From: Vitrella brassicaformis CCMP3155
Taxonomy: Eukaryota; Protista; Chromerida
Assembly: GCA_001179505.1 (NCBI GenBank)
Contig: CDMY01000149.1
Coordinates: 62,001-126,000, forward strand
Direction: 5' to 3'
Length of the DNA stretch: 64,000 bases
How positions within the stretch are numbered: the stretch's first letter is position 1; each line of letters starts with the position of its first letter. The notes beneath the pieces were generated by a model. It worked only from the letters and a program-made list of their open reading frames with translations, made no database searches and was not told where the DNA came from. Both the position numbers and the translations under genes were made by a program. Shown piece by piece: positions 45,048 through 57,850 of the stretch.

Positions 45048-46557
45048 ATGGTGGAGGCCTCCTCATCTCAGCGGCCTCACACGAGCGCTCCCTGCCCCCC
45101 TTTTGTCAGCCGCTACTCATCCGTCGGCCGCCCACTCGGTCAGTCGACACGGACGCGGTGCATATGACGGCACAACTCGGTCATCGCGACGCTGTTTCCA
45201 TTGTGTGTGTGGTTAGGCGGGACGAATGTGGCTTTGTATGAGGGCCGGATGCCCTGGACGAAGCAGCACGCCTACCGCACCTCCTACCGTGAGATGTCGT
45301 GCAGAACAGCCGTCCCCCGAACCAGGCACGCCTTGCAACATCATGCAAAGGAGAATGTGCGTGAACGTGTCACGNNNNNNNNNNNNNNNNNNNNNNNNNN
45401 NNNNNNNNNNNNNNNNNNNNNNNNNNNNNNNNNNNNNNNNNNNNNNNNNNNNNNNNNNNNNNNNNNNNNNNNNNNNNNNNNNNNNNNNNNNNNNNNNNNN
45501 NNNNNNNNNNNNNNNNNNNNNNNNNNNNNNNNNNNNNNNNNNNNNNNNNNNNNNNNNNNNNNNNNNNNNNNNNNNNNNNNNNNNNNNNNNNNNNNNNNNN
45601 NNNNNNNNNNNNNNNNNNNNNNNNNNNNNNNNNNNNNNNNNNNNNNNNNNNNNNNNNNNNNNNNNNNNNNNNNNCGACAGCTACGCAAGCAAGAAAGACA
45701 CAACGACCAACTTCATTCCACAAAGTCAGTCAGCCGGGGAGGGGGAGGAGAAGACAGTCAGTTAGCTCCGGTCTCTTGTTTCTATTCCATTGCAATGGGT
45801 GTGTTTGTGGGTGTGCAGGTGCCACGCTTGATTCAGACAAGTGAGTCAGTCAATGCAGTAAAAGGCGCAGGCAGCAATGAGGCCACCCTTATGGACGGCT
45901 GACCCCTTGGGTCGTGCGCCTGTCTGGATGTACATCACTGTCTGTCTGTCTGTCTGGTGCGTTGCCCGGTCAGGTTCAGGGAGTTCCACAAGCGGACCAA
46001 GCTCGACTCGGGTGAGTGAGCGCCTCAGACACCCACCGCACACAACACAACACAACACAACACAACAGCCACCACACACTGCCGGACACAGTACAGTCGA
46101 GTGTCTTGTCTTCCACTGATCGACTCACTGCCTGTCCCTCCCTCCCTCCCTACCTCCGGCCGTCCTGGGGGTACGTGTGTGTGTGTATGTGTGTGTCAGG
46201 TGAGAAGGTGCTGTCTCATGACCTGCCGGCCGGCTACCAGGTCAGTCAGACTCGCACAAGACAACACACGCGCTGGCCGCCCTCGGGCTCCTTCCTGATC
46301 CCCTCAACCATCCATCGATCTTTGTTGCCGTGTGTCGCTGTGGTGCCTCCCTCTCTCCCTCTTTGACACTGTCTGTCTTTCCGTCTGGCTGTGCTGTGTT
46401 TGTGCAGCACTACACGACTCCGTTGGGCCACACGTGGCGCTACGCGCCGCCGATCATCCCGGCGGCCCGCAAGAGCAACTACGAGAGCATCCTGCCCAAG
46501 TACCAAAAGGGCGCGCGGGGCGGGGGAGGCGGACTCGAGACGGGATCACTCTTCTGA
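45048..46557 (+). CDS. Orphan multi-exon protein, copy 2 (D), inverted paralog of 13381-17905, interrupted by a gap
   Basis: Exons and introns are near-identical to the reverse complement of copy 1, from ~32 bp before the ATG to ~13 bp after the stop. Confidence 0.65.
45375..45674. other. Scaffold gap (300 N)
   Basis: 300 N. The equivalent interval in segment B is roughly 0.9 kb, so the gap size is a placeholder. Confidence 0.98.
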
Positions 46558-46966
46558 TGCCATCCATATCTCTCGAAGTGTGTGTATCGATATGTGTGCG
46601 CATCTGTGCACGAGCCTGCCACGAGGGGCGCCTGCACACACATGGCTTCCTGTGAGAAAGCCTCAGTGGCGTATTGCTGCTGTGTTGGTTGCTCATGCAT
46701 GATTGCATCATGTGTCTATCCATCGGCCGACCGAGTCATCCATCCATCCATCCATCATGCAATCAATCAGCCATATGAACACGCGTCACGGAAACAGACA
46801 TGGATGGACCGGTCGTCCATGCCATCCATGTAAGAAGCAGTACGTATGCACACGTGCGGCCAGCCAAGCGCACCGCAGCCCAGCCCAGCCAGCCAGGCGC
46901 CTCTCACGTCTGACCAGACAGACAGGAGGGACACACTGGATGAATGCATGCGCGTGAGTGCTCTCG

Positions 46967-49900
46967 TCAAGGTTCTGGGTACCTAACCTCTTGTCTGTTG
47001 GTGAAGAACTGATGTATTTCCTGCATCCTGCGGCGCTCGCCGGCCAGCTCCGTCTCGAGCCTGTCTACCTTGGCATGCAGCTCCTGCATGGCCTCGTCTT
47101 TGCCCTGGCATTCACTCTCCAAGTCACGCACTCGCGCACACAGGGCGTCGCACTCACTGAGCGACACACACGACCCATGGATGGATCCACAGACACACAC
47201 ACACATACCGTTTTGTTTGCACGAGTCGTCCTTTGACGGCGGCAGCCTCCTCGGTGGCGGTGTGGGCCTCCTTGTGCTTCAGGGCCACCTGCTGCCGCAG
47301 CGCACTCTGCTGGTACTCACACTCCTGCACAACACAACCAAGTCAGTCAATGGCGGCCAAGAGAGGGACACATATCAATACGTGTCTGTATAGGTATGTC
47401 GTGTACGTCAGTCAGTCATGCCGCCCTCACCGCCAGCATGCCTTCCAGCCGTATCTTGTCCTGCAGCGCCTGACGACCCCCGGCGGCTGCACGCAAGCAA
47501 CAAACACACACACACACATAGGTGGAGACGAAGGAAGGAAGGAGAAGCCCGCATGAGTGAACTAGTGAATGAATGATGCCCGTAGGTACTTGCTCTCGAG
47601 TTGTCCTTGATCTCCTGCTCGAGGCTCTCATTTCTCTCTAACAGACGCTGGTGCTCGCGGGCTATCATCATCAGACGCCTGCAACCATCCCACCCACGTA
47701 AGACGTGAAGCCTTCTTCCATCCAGTGTGTGCGAGTGTGCTCACTTGTATGTCTTGTCCCTCTCCTGCACATGGTCCTGAAGTGCGTCTGCACGCACACA
47801 CAGACAAGGCAAAAAGGCATAGTAATCTGGGTGTGTGTGTGCAGACGGTTCATTTACTGTTGGTTCGCTCCAGTTTGACCTACATCAAACAACGCACACA
47901 CACCGGATGGCGTCCCGTCCGGATGCGTAGCACACTGCGTACATACATACCTTCATTTCGCCCTGTTCCTTGAGGGCCGTCTCCACCCTCTGCAGGGCCT
48001 CAACACGCTCATGGCTAGACACCTTCAACCTGACAGACAACCACAACAACACACACGCAATTACTGTACGGAGCCACCCCACCCCACCCCCCACCCCCCA
48101 CCNNNNNNNNNNNNNNNNNNNNNNNNNNNNNNNNNNNNNNNNNNNNNNNNNNNNNNNNNNNNNNNNNNNNNNNNNNNNNNNNNNNNNNNNNNNNNNNNNN
48201 NNNNNNNNNNNNNNNNNNNNNNNNNNNNNNNNNNNNNNNNNNNNNNNNNNNNNNNNNNNNNNNNNNNNNNNNNNNNNNNNNNNNNNNNNNNNNNNNNNNN
48301 NNNNNNNNNNNNNNNNNNNNNNNNNNNNNNNNNNNNNNNNNNNNNNNNNNNNNNNNNNNNNNNNNNNNNNNNNNNNNNNNNNNNNNNNNNNNNNNNNNNN
48401 NNCCAACCCATATGCATGTAATACATGGACGTACGTATTTATGTACCTCTGTTCGAGTGATGCAATGGTGTGTGCCTGGTGCCGTGTGGTCTCCTCCAGG
48501 TGCCCACGCACCCGGCGCAGCTCTGCTCCCTCCTGCTCAGTGATGTCCAAAGTCGACCGCACCTCGTCCAAGGACGACTGTGCACTGGACACATTCAAAC
48601 ATTCATGATAGGGCTGTCTCTCTCAGACCATGTGTGTATGTGTGTGTGTGTGTGTGTACTTTTTGAGGCAGAGATCTTTTCTTCGTATGATTGCAGTCAT
48701 CTCCTCTAGCTGCCGATGGGCCTCCAGCAGCTCCACCGACTCACTGAAGGCATGAACAGGGCATAGCGGTGCTCGCGCGAGCGTCCTGTGTCGATATGTG
48801 GATACCTGGCAGCATGGGTTTGTTTGTCCTCCTGTGCCCGACGAACAGCCTCCTGCACACACACACACGGACAACACACACACACACATGAAGACCAATA
48901 ATCTGGCAAGGCGCCCTGCGAGTCGGGTCCTTCTGTCTAGCTACCTACCTACCTTGAGTGTTGCGATGTCTTGCTGCAGCTTTTCTACGGCTCTCTGATG
49001 GCGGGCAGCCTGCATCTCGACCATCTTGTCAGTCTCCGCCGCCTGCACACACAACGCAACATCACACGCACACACACATAAGCGTACCGACACCCCACCC
49101 CCACCCCACCCCACCCCACCCTCCTCATATATATGAGTATCCTCCTACATCCCACCCACCCACCCACCTGTATCTCTGCGGCCTCGCGTCTCTCCTTTTC
49201 GCGTTTGAGGTCCATCTTGGCGCGCCAACTGTCACGGGAGAGGGCCTCCACAATGCCGGTCACGTCCAGGCCCTCATACACACGGCTGGGGAACGAATAC
49301 ACAGAGGCCCTGTCCGCTCCCCGTGGTGCTGGGGGACTCTTGGCTACTGCTGCTGCGGCGGCCGATCGCTTGGGCGACAGGCGGGTGCTACACGACTCCT
49401 TCGATACACGCTCAGCCTGACCACACACCTCACACACACGTGCATATCGCCTGGCCTCACTCGTGGCCCGTGGTCCCTCACCAGGTCTATGATTCGATGG
49501 GTGCTCCAGAGTGCCTCCTTGATGGCACACTGTGTGTCGGATCCCAGCAGGGCGGCCGACACATACTGGAGGGTGGGTGGGTGATGAAACACCTCGAGCA
49601 ATGCGAGGGCGTCAGGCGTGGCGGGGGGCGTTTGGGCCATGGCTGTCTCCACGGCCAGCACCAGAAGGCTGAGGGCTACGGAAGATGCGCCGCTCGCAGA
49701 TGCGGACTTGACTAAAAAAGGGCGGGCGAGACACGACTCATCCATCCATCCATCCGTCGTGTATGCCCTTCCCTCGCTACTACTTACTCTCATCGGTAAA
49801 GGCGCATTTGCCGAGTATCTGGATGGTGTGTTGGATAAAGTCCCCCCAGGCCAGCATGTCGAAGAGCAGCCGTGCGATAGCCACCCTGGCACCCATGTCC

Positions 49901-52075
49901 CGGTGAGGCCCCCCCTCACCCACACCCGCGACGTCGACCTCCATGTCGTTGTCCCGGAGGGTGTCGTCTGCCGGTTGTGGTGTGGGTGAGGCCCGCTGAC
50001 CGTCGGGGGGCGACTCGAGGGACGGGTAGAGGACCCTCTTGGGAGGGGATGACGACCGCCCACCTGTATCATGGATATTACATACATGCCATGGACATCG
50101 AGATACACACTGGATGGCCACGGGTGGGCTGGCGCTTGCCTTTTGGTTTGGGTTTGGTTGGGGTCTGTTTGGGCTTTGGTTTGGTGTCATTTTGTGGCAC
50201 ATGGATGCCCGCTGCACGAGCCGCACTCGTGATGAACGACTGACGCGAATCATCACTGATCGACAGACAGACAGACAGACAGAGAGACAGAGAGACAGAT
50301 AGACAGCAGCACACATAACAATGAACACGAAGTGGGAGAAACAGCTTGTCCTGCTCTGCTGTGTGAGTTACGTACGTGAGTGAGAGAGGATCGAACCCTC
50401 GCGGACCTCCACGGGCCAGGGCCTGCACGGAGCAACGGACCGGAGGACCGACACATGCTCATCAAACACGCTCAGTGACATGACCTGCACGTCCTCTCAG
50501 GCACCCATGTCGTATCCCTCAACCCACCCCCCACCTGTATGAGTCTGCATGACTCCACAGCCACCTCAGGATGGGGCGACAGGCAGCTGTCCATCAGCGA
50601 CACCAGGCGAACAGACTCAACACGACCGTTGCCACGACTGAGGCCCTTCAACGAGATACTGACAGAAGATGACCTAAGAAAGAAAGAAGGATGGATGTCA
50701 AGCCGGCCTCTGTGCCGTGTCGTTGTATACGTACTTGTGTGCGAGGTCGGCCATGAGTGTCTGGGTGACGGCGAGTGGCTCCCACAGCCGTTTCTCATAC
50801 TGCCGGACCGCGGTGTCCCACAGCCCGATCAACACGCCCTCGATGCCATCGAGACTCTCTACTCTCTTCAAGAAGTCAGGCCGACTCGCAACGTCACGCA
50901 ACAACGCACCTGCGCTCCTGCAATAAAGGCAACACAGTGAGCCGCAGATACAATACATAATGTGTCTACGTGAGAATGTCTGGGCTTGTGCAGTGCACCC
51001 ACCTGTAGAGGAGCAGTTGTTTGCTCTGATCATAGGCAGCAGTCGCCCCCTCCTGCCCTCCCCCGCTCCCTCCCTGACCTCCGCCCTGCGATTCGATGGC
51101 ACTACCCAGCTCACCATACGTGCCAAACAGCCCCCTGACGTTGGCATCATCGAAGAGGCGAGCACTCAGCTTGGAGTCGCTGGCGAGCGTCAGGATGCAG
51201 GCCATGCCGTGGACAACCAGAGCCTTGTGTGCCGCCTTTTCAGCCGTCATGATGGTGCGCATCAGGGCCTGGCACACGTCACGGAGGGGCGGGAGGGTCA
51301 GGCCGGTTGGCACCTGGCCACGCCGCACCCAGTCCCGCACAGTGGGGGCGCGATGGGTCGACGCGGACAGCAGCCACAGGCAGGCTAAACACACACACAA
51401 ATGCAGCATCTGGCAGGTATATGTATGCAGGTGAGCAAGTATTCTTCCTGCCTCCCTTGTGTGCTCACCGGCCAGCTGCGTGTAGCCATCGTCCTTCCCT
51501 CCACCGGCCGCTCCCTTGTCGCTTGCATCCTGCTCCCCGCCCTCTTGCTGCTCCCTTGACAGCCGCTCACACAGGGCCAGGATGGTCCGCAGCAACCCAT
51601 TGACGAGCTCGCCATCCAACACGCTCACCACGGCCTCGGAATTATCAAGACCACTGGCATAAACTGCCAGTATGTTGATGCAGACCAGGGCTGAAGCACA
51701 GTGCCGCTTTGCCAACAGGCCGAGCGGCTCATCAGCAATGAACGGCAGGAACCACTGCTTGGCCGTCTTGGCGGCTGTCGATAGGACGTCAGGGCAGGCC
51801 GCTAGCAGAGCTCTCCGAGAGGTCGCATCGGCACACAGGGCCGCCAAGCCACTGAGATGCTCGGCCAGGCCTGGCTGCTGGGGATCCTCTGCGCATCGCT
51901 GGGCCGCTGCTGTGGCTTTGGTGACGAGCTCCTGGCGCCTCTCATCGCTGATCTGCCACAGATGCAGCGGACGCACGTCGGCGAGCATTACTGAGTCATC
52001 TATGGACGAATCCCTTGAAAGACTTCCAACTTCTGTGCAGAGAGATGCTGCGGCGTGTCTGAATCCAGCGTTCAA
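46967..52075 (-). CDS. Large multi-exon protein with a helical (ARM/HEAT-like) N-terminus and long coiled-coil C-terminus; may be two genes
   Basis: The 50966-52075 ORF is Leu/Ala-rich and helical. Downstream short exons are heptad-rich (LEAHRQLEEM.., LLERNESLEQEIKD.., VRDLESECQGKDEAMQELHAKVDRLETELAG..). Start, stop and linkage are uncertain. Confidence 0.5.
48103..48402. other. Scaffold gap (300 N)
   Basis: 300 N next to a CCCCA repeat in an intron. Confidence 0.98.
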
Positions 52076-52257
52076 GGTAATGCGAGAGCAAAAGACGACC
52101 GAGGAAGTCGATCGCTTCGTAGCGCGCTTGCAATCTCCCCTCGACGCTGCTGCTGCTCTCCCCTCGACAAAGATCCTCCCCTCAGCGTGCCTTGGAGTTC
52201 CCTCTCCCCTTCAGCGCTTGCCCTCTCCGCTCACTCTCCCCATCGCTTCGTGCACCA

Positions 52258-54637
52258 ATGGATTCGACTCCTCTGGATGCAGGCCTGCTTGCGCGTCTGC
52301 TTCAGGTGGGTGCATTTGTGAATTCTGGACGCGGGACGGTGGTGTGGTGTGGTTTGATGTGTCAGGCGGGCGTCCTTCCTCGGGAATATCTGGAATTTTC
52401 CCTCGAGGATAAGCTCAAAACGCTTGATTCGCTGCAATTCGCAGAGGCCCCCGACAGGAGTTGTGCCGGTATGCGCGTAGGCACGTGTGGACGAAAGACA
52501 CGACGCGCACCCGGCCACACGACAATGAGCATCTACTCTGCTTGCACGTGTCCGTTTGTGTGTGTGTTTGTGTGTGTATATGTGCAGATGGATCAAGGAA
52601 GGAGATCACATCCGGAGATTTAATTCCCGTTGACGAAGTCATGCATCGGACACTCTCCGCCAAAGGCGTGCCTTCCATTGCGCTCTCAAGTGAGGATTCT
52701 GACGTCTTTATCGGCCAGCAGGATCTCGAGGAAATGATGAAGGACGTCAAGAAGTGGTATCCCCTGACGATCGGCTCTTCGCGAATCCCTCCCATGGCGC
52801 TCACCCGCCACACAGGCGGTGGGAAAACTCGCATGCTCAAGATGCTTGGTACGCGCAGTTGCGAGTATACGTGTCTGTCTACCATGATTAATTACATCAT
52901 GACAAGTGATTGATCTTGCAGGACAAGCGCTGCGCGACGAGAAGATGAATTGCATCTTCATCACCTTCAATGATGCGACAGCTATGTAGAGCACAGAGGA
53001 GGGCTTCCCCCTACTTCAGTCGATTCTGTGGCGGATCGGCTGGGCGGCCGCCACCGACGATGCGCGGCAGCGCTATGGCCGTACCTTCACGGAGTGGGTG
53101 AAGAATGTGATTGTACGAGAAGAGACGATTGAACAGTGGCTCAGCGAGACGGGCTGCGTCCTGCTGATAGATGAATTGAACAGTAGGTGGCTGGGTGGGT
53201 AACAAGACGGATTGATGGATGCACACATGACATGACGTGTGTGCATGCCTGAATGCCCGTGTTTTGTGTGTGCGTATGTGTGTGTGTATGTGTCAGAGCT
53301 GATCCGAGAAGGGGAGCGGCCAGCGAAGCGGGGAGAAGATGTTGCGGGATTCCTTAGGGCCGATTTCATCGACAAGGCGAGCCGCTTTCTCGTCTTCTCC
53401 AGTCACAGCACCGGCACGGGCCAGAAGCTGCTGAGATACATGCAGAGTCACCGCGACATTATTCGGCCTCGGCTGCCGGTGTTCAGGTCGAGAGACGAAA
53501 TGACCGCTCTCACCAAGGAGGCCTCACCTCCCAGTCTCTGCTATCTCGGGCTGACACCCGCACTGGTCCACAGCGCTTACAACTTGATGCACGGACGTGT
53601 TACTGCGTGCATACAAGATCGGTTCAGCAGGCTCAAGGCCCCACCTTTCAACAAACACACGGTGCGAGCATTGATCGAGACGGCCGTCAAGGGAGAGGCG
53701 GGGGGGGCCGATGAGCTGGGCGAGTGGTTACAGGCGCTTGATGCGTTCGGGCTAGTCGGCTCGCCACCATCGTACACATGGCCCCCATGCTTCTTGGCTG
53801 CTGCATGCCACGCGATGTGCGAGGCTGACGCGATTCCGATACGCATTCGGCAGGGCCTGGTGATGATCGGCGACAGCCTGCAGCAGTTGGCGACGGCAGA
53901 GGAGGGGTCGGGCAAGCAATGGGAAGGGGTATGTGCGGCGGCGCTCGTGTTGCGGATGATGCAGAGCGAGATGGTGGTCGGCAGCCTCGCCGTCGTCCTC
54001 AGTGAGGAGGCTAAACAGCTGCTGCCGGATGCCATTCTCAATGGTTGGTTGGTTGGGTGACACACACACAACACATGTATGTACATGTGTGATGGGCTAC
54101 AAGCCATGCGATAGATACTGGTGTGTATGTGCTGTTTGTGTGGGTGTTTCAGGATCATGTGCATTCGCAGGCACCTTCTGTCCCACCCACCAGAGCGGGT
54201 TCGTACGGCAGCCTGCTGCTTGTGGGTTGGTGGGGCGGAGTGACCCTGCGGACATTCCTCTCCTCCGCCGGATGGTCTTGAAGGAGCTGAGAAGGCAAAC
54301 CTACAAGGATCAGCGCCTCGACCGGGGCACTGTGGCTCTCTTTGTGAAGCCCGCCGTCAGCAGCTTCCCTGTACATGACCTCTTCATCTTCATATGTGAC
54401 GACGGCCGAGTGACGGAGATATGGGGGTATCAGTGCAAGACAGGGAGGCAAACACCGACAGACAGGCAGACGAGGGTTTCCAAGAAGGTGACGAAGTCAG
54501 TGTGGCTTCGTGGTGAGGCCAACCAACAGACGCACAGGAACTATGGGTGGGTGGTCGCAAGCCAGACAGTCATTGAGCTCCTGTTTGGCCTGACTCTGTC
54601 AAAAACGTGCCCTCTCCATTGGCTGGCGGATCAGTGA
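52258..54637 (+). pseudogene. Crinkler-like P-loop NTPase + restriction-endonuclease-fold gene, copy 2, with an in-frame TAG
   Basis: Walker A-like TRHTGGGKT, Walker B VLLIDE, GKQWEG and FPVHDLFIF..IWGYQCK. There is an in-frame stop at 52987-52989 inside the NTPase exon (FITFNDATAM*STEEGFPLLQSILWRIGW). The start codon is uncertain. Confidence 0.72.
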
Positions 54638-55335
54638 GTGCATGGGCGGCGGCGGCGACAAGGTGTGTGCCTTGGTATGTATCATCCGCGTGTGTGTGTG
54701 TGTTCGGTCCAGTTGTTGCATGCCGTTTGGTTGCATTCTTTTTTGTGGGCATGTCATGTTCATCTCGCGCAACACCACACACGAGCGTCACTCATCGCAT
54801 CAAGGCAGGCCTTCTTTCTTGTCTTGTCCCGTGTGCGCTGGTTGTGGCTGGCCCGGTTTGCGCGGTCTCCTTTCTGTATTCGTGTGGCATGCGAGTGTGC
54901 ACACTGGGGGAGGCGCGATGGATGGATTAGCCAGTGAGATATATAGCGATGGATGGCGATCCATCGATTCGTCTGTGTGTGTGTTGCTGACCGGACGACG
55001 CATATGTACCGTCCGTCTGCCTTCTTTCTGTCTGTCCATTAGCGTGTCGATTTGCAATACATACATCGATTAACGCAACAGGCATGCTATGCTTAGCAAT
55101 GCCCAACAGATGTTGGATGGACGGATGGTGGTAAGTACTTTCTTGTTCACAGTGATGTTTGACGTCAACTGATCATCATCCCAGTCCCATCAATGAAAGA
55201 CGTCAGTCACACTCAACCGAACAAACTGACAACGCACGCATTCCACCCTTCCGGATGGTTTATGCCACCATCATCACATTGCCGGATGGTTTATGCCGCC
55301 ATGGGGGAGATCTTTGACAACGGCGTGAGTGCAGT

Positions 55336-56720
55336 TTGCTGCTTGTTGTGATGGGCATGGATGTTGGGGGAGCGCAATTTTTAGGGTGTTTCCTGAAACC
55401 GCTGCTGCTGGATGCTGAGCGCGAAATCCGGAGGAAGCTTCGTTTTCGCAAAGATAGGAGAGCCGTAGCTCTGCGGATTCAGACAAGGAGGCAGCAGGTG
55501 ACTGGGCGTGCGCGTGAGTGATGCCTTTCACCTTCGGGCATCACGTCGTGCACCACGTGCTTCAACGCAACGAGCACAACCGGCTGGGGCGGATGCTCTT
55601 CAGATACCTCTGCTTTGCCGCCTCCAAGAAGCTCTGGTGCGAGCGGCAACTCAAATCGACCCTCTACCTCGCTTCACACCCACGGGTAAGGCAAGGCAAG
55701 GCCACACAACCAAGGCAAGGCAGCCGGCGCCTTCTCGTCCCTCCCTCACTCACTCTCTGCCTGTCCTGACTGCCTGCGTTTCATTATATCAGCACCTTGG
55801 GCTGGCTCTCTTCTACTTCTTCCTTGGCGTCCCGATAACCGACGACACGCGGCAGCACCACCGCAGCAAGACCAGGGACGCAGAGGGGCAGTTCGGGGCT
55901 GACGACGGCTTCTCGGCCCTCGCGGCGGGTCTGGCCGACGCCACTGCGGATGAGGGCAGGGAGCCATTCTCAGAGCCGAGTGACGACGAGAATGAGCTTG
56001 ACGATGACGACTTCAACTTGTCCCTCACCGGCCCCACGTTTCCCCGGCCTCAGCTGGCGTTCGCACCGCAGCCCCCGCACCACCAGAACGGCACCGTGAG
56101 TACCATCTCCCCGGACCACACGGCCGCCCCAATGGCGAGTAGTGAGGCGCCCATGAGGGGGAGCAGCTCCCAGAGCGAACAGGACAAGATTTATTTCCTC
56201 GAGCAACAGGTGAGGTGTACAGGGGAGGGGCACGATTGCGTATCATGCATAAATTGCCGTCCATCTTGCTTTGTATCTGTGTGTGTGTGTTGGCCAGGTC
56301 GCCCTGTTGACCAAGACCCTTGCCGAGATGCGAGCGACCCAGGCGATGAGCAGTCCACCCCCAGCCAGCGCCCCCTCCCAGCCCCCCTTTCCGGCAATGG
56401 ACGTCGATCAGCCGGCGCAGGGCGATTCAGCCCACTACACCACCCCCACTCCCCTCAAGGGCAGCGCCGCTGATGTGCTGCCCCCGCCCCTCTTCGGCCG
56501 CCCCCCACCCTCGGACACACACCAAGAAGACGGCTCTCCCATGGGAAGCCCCTCCGGCGGCGGCTCGCCAATCGTCATGCGGTCCAACCCCCCGAGAAAC
56601 ATCGGCATTGGCAGCCCTGCGACCAATGGTTTTCCTGCGGCGGCAGCAGCGTACAGTGGGAGTGTGCCGGTGGGGGGCAGGGCGGAGAGGGGTGACCCTA
56701 TCGCGTGGCTGCAACAGTGA
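55336..56720 (+). CDS. Hypothetical multi-exon protein with a short coiled coil and Pro/Ser-rich tail
   Basis: Splice-compatible segments: ..RYLCFAASKKLWCERQLKSTLYLASHPR|HLGLALFYFFLGVP..QDKIYFLEQQ|VALLTKTLAEMRA..PIAWLQQ*. I recognised no family and the start is uncertain. Confidence 0.5.
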
Positions 56721-57850
56721 GGCAAGGGAGGGCGTGTGGGACGCGGACATGCGTGGGTGGCTGTGGCTGGGGGGATAGATAGTGACGGGCGGGCCGTGAG
56801 TGAACGAGATGTGTATGGTATGGGATGACTGTGAGTGAATTCCCTACACGCCATTCACTCGTCTGCCAGCCCACCATCTGTCTCTTTTTCCGTGACTCAC
56901 ACGAGAGATGCGTTGGGGTTATCAGTGCAATGCATGGGTCCGTCCAGCTAGGATGCATGGGAGAGAGGAAGAAAGATATCCATCCGTGCGTAGTGTATTT
57001 TTGGCGCTTCAACACACGACGGACAGAGAGAGAAGGAGAGGGAGGAAGAGAGAGGGAGAATGCCATGCAGGCGGGAGCATGCATGCAGCGCCCTTTTTCC
57101 TGTCTGCATGCCGGCTGACCATTCCTACTCGCTGTGCACATCCGTCCCATTCTGTCTGCCGTGTTGTCTTTTGAATGGTGTGGTGATGTCAGCGCCCATG
57201 CCCTCTGTGTGGGCGAGGCGCGCCGACGTCATCCTGCCATTCACAATACTGACATGGTGGACGGAGGGAGGAGTGCCTGACCGACCGATCAACCGATTGA
57301 TAACCCGACCACAACTGACTGTTGTGTTTTTCCCCTGGTGCACATGACATCGCGCGCACATACACACACGGCATACACACACGGCATACATACATACATA
57401 CATACATACATACATAACATGCACACATAAGGTGAGTGGGTACGTCGGCCTACCGCAGCCGTCGCGGGATGGATGGGGTGCGTGGTGTCTGTGTGTCTGT
57501 GTGTCGATCAGTCAGTCAAGTGTTTGTACCTACCGTGCCAATGAGTGAGACAGACAGACACCTGAGATATTTCATCTCTCGATGCGTGCCGTGCTGTGCC
57601 TTGCCGTGTGCCGTCGGTGTACGTCGATGCCACACTGGCCATTTCTTTGCCCTGTGTCTGTTTGTCTGGTGTTGCAGACGAATTCGTTCTGCATCGATCA
57701 GTGTTTTTGACGTCTGCGTGTCGAGAACACGTGCACGCTTCGGTTGGCTTCAATAATCGTGCTCTGCGTCGCTCCCTCCTCCCCACAGCCTAGGGAGCTC
57801 TTGCGCGTCAAACAGACATCTAGCTTGAGCTCAATCAGCCTTTCTGATTT

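Noticed and set aside
52987-52989. Genome-wide TAG reassignment or pyrrolysine
   Set aside because: TAG terminates other genes here (e.g. carrier 19608, subtilisin 36868), and no recoding machinery is visible.
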